64,000 nucleotides of DNA from Ylistrum balloti (lineage: Eukaryota): positions 992,001-1,056,000 of the forward strand of contig NW_026782462.1 in NCBI RefSeq assembly GCF_031769215.1. Reading direction: 5' to 3'. The position numbers and the translations under genes are program-made. Below are positions 55,171 to 64,000 of this stretch, piece by piece. Position 1 is the stretch's first letter; each line of letters starts with the position of its first letter. The notes below the pieces were generated by a model. The model saw nothing but the letters and a program-made list of their open reading frames with translations. It made no database searches and was not told where the DNA came from.

Positions 55171-56199
55171 TTTGTTTTATAGTACCATGATATATCGAAA
55201 ATCTTGACACTATGGCATCATTCTAAGTCACATTATATTCCATATTATCAGGAGGATTATTGAGTTCTTGCCATTAATTTCAAATTAGATAATTTATAAA
55301 TCTGGAATTGTCTCCACCATGAGATAGAAATCATGACCTTTCTCGCCAAGGCGAATACTCAACAGTATTGCTTTAGGAAACGTTTTGATCAGTGAGTCAG
55401 TAGGAAGAAAAAAGTGTAAGATGTCGGATGCAGATCGCAATAATTCGTGAGAGCAGGTGCAAAGTGTAGTTACATGACCTTCGTTGGTTTAAAAAGGCTC
55501 GACCCTTTTACAATTAAACTGTAAATTATTCTTGAGGCTTTTACATATTGATTACGCTACTATGTAAAAAAGATTTTGTGAACGTTGAAAATTTTAGCAT
55601 GCCAACGACTAATTAGTTTTTTGGTGAAACGCCAAAAACCTGATAATTTCTTTAAAAGATCTTTTCTTATTGATTGCAACACTTAACTTGTAAAGTTTTT
55701 GAAAATCATAAAGAAACAGGTCACTTAAAAACGAAAAAAAAATTCAATGCATTCTTTACAGATATTTAAAAAAAAATATGTATAAATTAAATTGACATTA
55801 CCCACTTCTTTGGTATTGTTATGTATATATATATATGGGCAATGTTTGAACATCATTTGACACAGAAAATGTGTATATGTAATTAATGAAAATTATTAAA
55901 TCAATTGTAATAAGCAGAGGCCCAATGTGTCATGACCAGTCAAGGAATAAATCGAGTTGTACTATCTAAGCTTGATGATTCAAACCTTGTTTTATGAATT
56001 AATGAATTTTTGATTGTAAACAAAATCACTGTTCGGATCTATATGTACTTAGATATTTTCTTTTCTATTTCCATTACCTTTCTATTCCCCCAATAGTTCC
56101 TATTTCAAATTATATGTTGCCTCCGCAAACACAGCCAATTTCACGACTCGATGTCCCTCTTACTAGTCCGAGAATCCAGAAAGGGTCCATCGCCCTCTC

Positions 56200-56600
56200 A
56201 CTCATGCCACCGAGTTAATACAAGAGTCTGGCCATGCGTCAATATGTTTACGTCTCCTGTCCATATCCCAACATGAACAGCTTTCCACCAAGCTATACGA
56301 TAAGCATGGTGATTTCCCGGATAGCAACTTTTTCTACATCCGTATCCTATGGTGTTTACATGTTGCAGTTGGTTCGATATTCAGGAGCCTGCTCCCATTA
56401 TCGAGATTTTCATGCAAGACGTTGTTAATTAATAGGGAAACTCGCAACCCAGGATTTCGAAAGAGGCTGGATAATGAAAATTATGGGAAGGTTTACTGTT
56501 GTTATATTTCTCAATTTTTGTGCGATATGAAGCTGGACGTGTTTGATGGTCATTAGTTTGCTTGCTGGTGCCATTGTTGTATACCTTGTCGTAGATTGTC
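56200..56600 (+). mobile_element. Penelope-like RT C-terminal fragment (same family)
   Basis: Reads STKLYDKHGDF...SYGVYMLQLVRYSGACSHYRDFHAR. Downstream ATGAAGCTGGACGT...GTTGTATACCTTGT matches 54769-54830. Confidence 0.75.
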
Positions 56601-58504
56601 TCAGTATAAATCCAATTCGGTGTTTTGATACAATTTCATGGCCTTATCATAACTGTATATTTTTTCAGTATTTTACGAAAAAAAAAAAAAAAAAAACAAG
56701 ATGACATATTAATCAACAATTAGATACGTCCCGATATCCCCCTCACCCCGAGCATATTCTTTTCATCTGGAATACTGCCTGCTTGAATTTTATTTTTTCA
56801 TAAGCAGATTGCATTATTAAGACTATTGATCAATTTTGGGAGGGAGTATTACTGAAGGCAACTGTAATATTATGTAATAGAGGGACACCGCTGTTCTCGG
56901 TACAGCAAAGTGTCATTAGTTATATGGTATCGATAATGTTATAAAGTCTCCGAGGTACGCTGTCGTTTATAGTGTCAGCGGTAATTGTCGGACCGTTACC
57001 TCATGTCCTCAGGGGACGGTGTACTGCGGGTAATTTTGTAAGTAAAGTGGGAAGGCCTTGGTCAACTGATTATATATCATTGTTGCTGAACAACATTTTG
57101 AATACTTTGAAGTTTGGTTTGACTGCATGTGTCATGCTGGCGGCATTGTTAAAGTCCTTGCTCTTAATTTATTTGGAGAAATTGCATGGATGATAGCATG
57201 AAAAATAGACGCGATAGTTATATACGTTCAAACATGAAAAAACATTGAGCTGAGCTGCTTTTAAATGAGATTGATGTTGTTTTCTCTGGTAAAGTTGAGT
57301 TAAGTTGTCCTTGGAAAATGTAAAACTACATGACCTTAGGACATCAATTTCATGTCACCTATTGATTGCTATTAATAATATGTCGCTTTTTTTCCTCGTG
57401 TCTTGTATAATCTTTCACAGTCTCACTTGCCGCTGGTTATTGTATAATACTGGTTTTGCGTTCTCTGTTACACTACTGATATACACATAACTAAGGACTC
57501 ATTGTTTGTACAATATCGCCAAACCCAATTAACAAATTAAAGTTTTCCGTTAAGATATCAGACCGTCTTTAAATTATATTAGCCAGTTTCTGAAAGTATC
57601 GCTATTTCAATCGTCATTGGAATTATCTATTTCGTCCATTTTGACATTATGCATCCTCTTTGAATATAACCTGTGTCGTTAGGGCATTGGGAATTGTTCT
57701 ACTCTAGCGTTTTAGTTTAATGACACGTCAGTCGCTCTATCATTAAAGAGCTCTGGGCACTAACAGAAATAACTATTCTTGTCGTATGAATAGGTATAAA
57801 TGGCCTTTCTGAACTGCGCAATATTTTCGGACAATGCATTCAGATAAAGCATACTGAATTTTTTACGTCCATTATGTGTACTGAACCATTTTATATTGTT
57901 TTGAATTAATTTAATTTTGTCGCTCGCTTTTCCCAATCATTATGTAAAACCTCAAAGCAAAGATGATGGACAAATAAAATAATAATAATAGAGCTTATTT
58001 GTTTAAAAGCTAATGTGGTGACACTATTTGCTTTTATTTCTTAAACTTCAATAACCAAGAAAACCGGACCTTTGGGATTGAACATGAAGATATTAACGAC
58101 TTCGTGTCCCGTTCTAACTGTTTATTGATGTAGAACACTTGCAATAGAGAGAGAGAGAAAAAAAAAAACATTTAAAAACAATTCTATGAATAGCCGTGAT
58201 TTCGTGAAGTCATACGTCATGTATTTTAAGAGTGTGAAATGCAATATAGGAATAGCTGTTAGTGCATGTTGAATATCGCTGTGGTTTCGTTAAAAACATC
58301 CATATTTCCGAGAACATAAATTGTTGTTAAAGATTGTTTTTCGAACGAAAAAGTTTCTCGTCAGATTGTTTCGTTGCATTGAACAAAAAAAAAAAAAAAA
58401 AACTCTTCCCGCGCAGATTCTTTAGTAACATAACATTTAAAGCTATGACAAAATCCTTTTTCCTTCAAACAGCTTTACTTTTTACTGTTCTTGGGATAAT
58501 TCAG

Positions 58505-58575
58505 AAAACACTCGGCGTTTTTCCAAGGCCACCAGGGAACGAACTCAGTGCTCTCCATTCCCCTTACTGAGCATA
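58505..58575 (-). mobile_element. Decayed tRNA-like SINE head
   Basis: Minus strand ATGCTCAGTAAGG..GAGCACTGAGTTCGTTCCC shows degenerate A and B boxes. Confidence 0.3.
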
Positions 58576-58959
58576 ATTAGTAATTGCTTTCATTAAACCA
58601 ACACATTTCAAGACAGTGATACAGGCGCTAGGCGATCCATATTACAGGACAAAAAATACAGGCGTTAGGAGATAGCAATCATCAATAGTTTCAGGCTTTT
58701 AATGTGGCCTTTCCATCTAAATTCAAATTTTAAATGTGCATCGGAATGTTAGGGAAAGAGAGTTGCTCTAATGTAGCATGTCGGAATGAGAATGTGTGCG
58801 ATGTGTGTGATCGACTGTCAAAAAGGATAACTACATACATGTAGGTACAAATATTATTACAAAAAGGTAACTTTTTCCCCAAAACGTATGTATTTGTTTG
58901 TTTTATTTAACAGGAAAATTCTTGATTCCGGTATAGCGTCTGAGATATGCAGTCAGATA

Positions 58960-59200
58960 ATTATTTCTTTACATATGAACAAGAATGAGATTAGGTTTTC
59001 CGGAAAAAAATGTCCCTTTTTTGGCTTCATCGACGATATCAGCACGTTCTGAAATGAGAACCATGTTCACAGCCACGAAACATCCAACCGAACAGTATTT
59101 ACGTTAATCGAACACACCCATCTTCATTCCTGTAAGATCGTTGTGGAGACCATTAAACTTCCCAGTCGTCTTCATCAACCCTTTTCACTGGTAACTATGT
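58960..59200 (-). mobile_element. Decayed Penelope-like RT end plus 3' tail (minus strand)
   Basis: Minus strand reads KFNGLHNDL (similar to the family KFYGRHHDL end), then GTCGATGAAGC...TTCCGGAAAACCTAATCTCATTCT, similar to the tail at 54890-54940. Confidence 0.5.
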
Positions 59201-59584
59201 GTTGTTAACGACATGGGAATCATTAAGTTACGAAACAAACATTTAAGTATTGAAACACCTATGACATGTAAACGGTCTAGGTTTGGGAAATAATATGCTA
59301 TTATCTATAATGTAAACTTCGCGATAAGGATATTGAAATCATCACATTTATTGCATAGTTTAGTTAAAAATTGTCCATTCTATTTGCAGTGCACTCGTCT
59401 TTAACATGCTGCTGTCATTAAAATGACATAAGATTTAATGAAACTGTGTTGTTACACTAGATGGTAATTGTGTATACAATAAATATAAATGCAATGATAG
59501 AAAATATATTGAGTCAAATATAAGTACTGACACGACAAAGAAATGAAAATATTGCAGATATTAGGTTAATTTCAAATTCTTATA

Positions 59585-59774
59585 NNNNNNNNNNNNNNNN
59601 NNNNNNNNNNNNNNNNNNNNNNNNNNNNNNNNNNNNNNNNNNNNNNNNNNNNNNNNNNNNNNNNNNNNNNNNNNNNNNNNNNNNNNNNNNNNNNNNNNNN
59701 NNNNNNNNNNNNNNNNNNNNNNNNNNNNNNNNNNNNNNNNNNNNNNNNNNNNNNNNNNNNNNNNNNNNNNNNNN
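59585..59774. other. Assembly gap (190 N)
   Basis: Run of N. Confidence 1.
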
Positions 59775-62700
59775 ATCTTAACCAATGACGTTGAACACAC
59801 ATTCAGTAATAGACGTCTTTTTCAGTGTAACTACACGAACAAATAGTTCTTTCTCGTTATAAATGAAACTCTTCCTTTGAAGCACACTGGGGAAGACGTG
59901 GTTTGCCTCTCGCTCACACTACATACCTATATTTCATTCAATCAGATAAGAATGGTTATTGTTCAAAGACCTAAGTCTACTAACGACCAAGAGACAACAT
60001 TCTGACCAAAATAGAAAATTCAATTAGACGTGGAATCACGAAATAACATATTGAATGTACCGAGTGATTCGTTACACTACACCTATATTTGGATATATAG
60101 TCTTAGAATCCTCATTTAACAACGGGATTGTTTACACTGTCTAGAACACCGAATTCACACTTGTTTATTAACAGTACCGGTTTCCGGACGGTCATTTCTT
60201 ATGTAAAGTACAGTAGATTGTACATCACAGTTACAACGTTTTTGTCATTCTTTATCCAGATGTTTGTTTTTATGAGACAAATGCAATGCTTATAATTTCA
60301 TTCTTGTTACAGAAAAAATCTTAATATTTCCGAGTAAACAGAATATTCAATAAAATCATACTTGACATCGGGAGAAGGTCTGAGATGTTTTTATACTCTT
60401 CATTTGTTTTTTTTTAAATCAACAAGTCACTGTCATTTTGTACCTCATAACTGTTAATTCGTAAATTCATTATTGATCAGTGTAAACTTTCACAGAATAT
60501 ATTTTTACTCTTGTATAAAATACTTCACAAAAAGACAACGAAAACCACATCATTACATATCAATATTAACACTTTAGCACTTTAGTGACAAAATCGGAAA
60601 TCCAGTGTAGCAATTCTTTAGCAATAGAACCTATAGCCTGAAGCTACATGTTGAGTAATGTAATGCTGAACTCGCAGATTTAATCTAGTAATGAAACTTT
60701 GATGATGGAATCCATAGAAGATGAAAAAGAACTCTATAGATATTTGGACGTGTCATTTAAAAAATTCCTCAATGATGTTACGTTTACCGGAGTGTTTGAA
60801 CTTCCCTATCTGCATCACTCATAAAATTGACGGAATGCCTTCGTTACAATTTTGTCCTAGATTCCACATCCTTGCCCCAGTGTGGGTCATGTGAGTGCTG
60901 GTGTTGAAAAGGACTCAAAATTAGAAAAAAAAAAAAAAAAAAAACCACAAAGCATGGAAAGGAAAAAATATATATCCATGTGATAACTGTTGTAATAAGA
61001 ACATCATGTTTTTGTTCCTTGTTCTCAGTTGGGAACATTAAATTACTTGTATTTTGCTCACGTTTTAAGGATGGGTCTGTTTACCCTTTTAGTCGTGAAC
61101 GATACAGTAAAAGTACTTCAAACAAGATTGCAGGGAAGGTCTGTGGAATCCCGTGCGTGCACATTTGAAATAAATAATAAACATGATACCGACAAGGAAC
61201 CCTGAAGTAAACTTGTAAAAACGAAATTTTCGATTAACCACATGGTCATCTATTTTGTCAACTCCGAAAGCCGGCGTTACCATCTGTCCTTGGCATCCGT
61301 CAATTTCTGAATCTAGATCAACCAAAAGCTTTTTTTTTGCAGACATTCTGTTGGAAAAGCCATATTTTATTCAAACATCTTAAAGAGTGTCATAAAGCAA
61401 TCCTTTTCACCAATACTCATCTGGAGGCGTTGCTTCGAACAGAAGTTATTGGTGAAATGATGAATTTTCTCACTGAAACGGATACGGATAAGTCGCTGGT
61501 CGCTCCGATTTTTATTTACAACATGTCTTGTTAAAAAATTATTGTAAAGACTGTTAAATTCCATAATTAACCTAGCATGCGTTACTTTAAACATACTTTC
61601 AGTTGTTGTAACACTTTACACTCAGACGATGGCTCAATCTACGACCATATAATGTCTACAACAAGGATGCGATTTTAGTTCCATTGTACAATGATTATCG
61701 AGTGAAAGATGTGGTAGCCTCTTGGTAATTACGGTAACCTCAAAACTACTCACGTTTCTTGGAATAGCTGAATGCATCCAAGCTTATGTTGTTTCAAACT
61801 ATGTATTTGTTCCATTCGATTAAAAAAAGTATTACAATGATTGGATTGATCTCCTTGATACCCTGATATTTGAAGAGCTGAGCTGGAAATTGCCTAGATT
61901 AGTCAAAGAACATTTCTTCATCGGGAGTCATGTTTTTTAATGAAGCCAAGAGATCTTGAGAAGTGACAGAAATCCACTTTAGAAAGAATCCTAGCGTTTG
62001 ATGTATGATTAGCATTATAAAAAAACACCCTTGCTTCGAGGCCTATTCATAATGGCATTCACTCTTCACTTTGCACATGTGTAAAGGCGAAATCACATGC
62101 ATTTTTAATAGCAGAGACTTATTCCTGACAGTAAAGTAAGACTTTTGTCTCCGTTTTTATAGTCGCGTTTCCACTAATGAATTTTAAATTTTAATTTTAA
62201 TGTCGTTATATATGGAATATCGACTTTAACAAAACACAAATGATCTTGAGACGGCGAGATGGATTTGATGGTACTCAACCTTGCAGGATGACAGACAGCT
62301 TTGCGTGTGGCGGGTTTAAACTTTTCTATTTGGAGTATCCATCGTTACCTCACAGGAAAAAACTTCCACCACCAAAGGAACAATCGGTGTTAGATATAGC
62401 AAACAGCTCTATTAATGTCTCTTCTTTCATCTATGGAAAAAAAGCTAAAAAAAAAACTTAAAAATAAATAATAATAATAAAGTGTGAGATTCGAAACAGG
62501 ACATAGGTTAGTGAATCAACTACAAAGTAATAGATAGGGTGAAGAAGAGATGCTGCTACTAACACAAGAAACAAATTCCGATAGGATTACGGAAATAGTG
62601 AGGGTTTTTTTAAAAACCTGTTGGTTGCAGTGTTGGAAAAAATCGAAAAGCAGACACAATGTCATGTATATCTCGAACATTGGATTGAAAAACAAAATAT

Positions 62701-62925
62701 ATGATCACATATCTCGGTTTGAGATGCACTGATTAATTCAAACAGACGCGTAGGGTTATTTCATCAAATATTTACAACTTCTCCGAAGTTCGGATAAGGG
62801 ACTTAGATGATGTTAATGTAACAAATGCAAAATTTCTAAACTACATATAGCGCATAATTAATGGTTATGTCTTGATGCTTAATGCTTTATGTACCAATGT
62901 ACCAATAATTACGATTTCGCAAATT

Positions 62926-63100
62926 GGGTGGTCAGGTGACGCGGTGGTACGTATTACACTCGCCTTCCACCTAGGCGTCTGGGGTTCGATTCCCGGAACG
63001 GACTTGAAAAGGTATGGTGTTTGACCACCGGGTAGTACGGTTTTCACCCACAGAAAAAAAAAACCCTCGCGGGCTTCCATCCGGGCGGTTGATATACGCT
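62926..63100 (+). mobile_element. tRNA-derived SINE with Meta-like core domain
   Basis: A-box-like TGACGCGGTGG (62937), anticodon-like stem CGCCT/AGGCG, B box GGTTCGATTCC (62983-62993), then CCGGGTAGTACGGTTTTCACCCAC, resembling the MetaSINE core CCGGGTACTCCGGTTTCCTCCCAC. No intact cloverleaf. Confidence 0.72.
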
Positions 63101-64000
63101 TAAAGCTTATTTCGAAATTGTTGTAAAATAATAAAGTTTATATTATATGTTCATTTCGCCCTATGAGGATATAATAAGAACATGATATACGTGACAAAAA
63201 ATGTGCCTCCCGAAATTTGCTCTCCTTGTTCATGGACAAAAATGGTGAAACGAAACAGGGGCCCAAACTTCGGCGGTACAGTACGGTCTGTACTCTAGCG
63301 GCTTCATCCATCGAGTTGCTGGGTTGTTCAAGGTCATCATTATTGATATATTATATTGTATGCTATTTTGCTAAAAAGTAAAACTGTGGAGCTTCGTTGA
63401 ATTGTTGCAAACACAAATGATTCCGTAAATTATATCACCACCATCCAATATCCTTTACCTCGGCGGCTAAATATCTAGTAGGCTTGACTTTCATCTCATT
63501 TCATATTTCTGGAGCATTTACACACTACATTTGACTATCTACACTATCTTTTCCGTGAATAGTATTAACATTCGCTGTCATAAATCAAACATTAACTATT
63601 CACAACTAAACTTAAACCTCTTCAAAATACTGGTTGGTTTTCAGTGACATTTTGAAATATTTTGCCTCAGATTCCTACTGTCACGTGCTATACAGTGTAT
63701 GCTGGTCGCAAAGGAATGACGAGGTATCAAAGACATCACAATCAATTTGGAACTTACTCAACTGACTACTGCACAAGTAGCGCTACAAACACCTGTGATG
63801 ATCTATGTTGGATTAGATTCCTGTGTCTCATCTACAGGTCGATATAATAGAATACATCAAGAATGAACACAGGCTAATTTATAGATTCATAAAAGGCGTC
63901 TCCTTCTGATTTAAAGGTAGACCCATTTCTCGCTCCATTACTCTACACATTCGGAGGTCAAAACATTCCACATCTCTATAAAGATGACATTGTATACAAG

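Noticed and set aside
62926-63000. Functional tRNA gene
   Set aside because: No acceptor stem or proper D arm, and it continues into a SINE core.
63911-64000. TTAA-AGGTAGACC as the left end of another Kolobok
   Set aside because: The partner TIR would lie outside the window; cannot be supported.

Overview
AT-rich, intron/intergenic-type eukaryotic DNA. The repeat repertoire (Naiad-type Penelope-like fragments, Meta-domain tRNA SINE, decayed B-box/NHL TRIM gene) points to a bivalve mollusc, by inference. No intact multi-exon protein-coding gene could be assembled by eye, and almost all long ORFs in the track are artefacts of tandem repeats. The best-supported elements are: (i) a 1.73-kb non-autonomous Kolobok DNA transposon (26887-28619; 15-bp TIRs, TTAA target duplication) carrying convergent remnants of a THAP-transposase start and a KolX/P2X7-ballast-like gene, each preceded by the same 20-bp CRE-containing motif; (ii) a minimal hammerhead-ribozyme motif at 11.16 kb with a decayed sister copy at 44.05 kb; (iii) five fragments of a Penelope-like RT family with a conserved, apparently structured 3' tail; (iv) eight minisatellite arrays (about 9 kb in total); (v) a pair of strongly signalled spliced exons at 42.2-42.55 kb of unknown product; (vi) a decayed TRIM-like pseudogene interrupted by a satellite. 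There is an assembly gap at 59585-59774. Protein-family calls on decayed fragments are pattern recognition from manual translation, not database hits.
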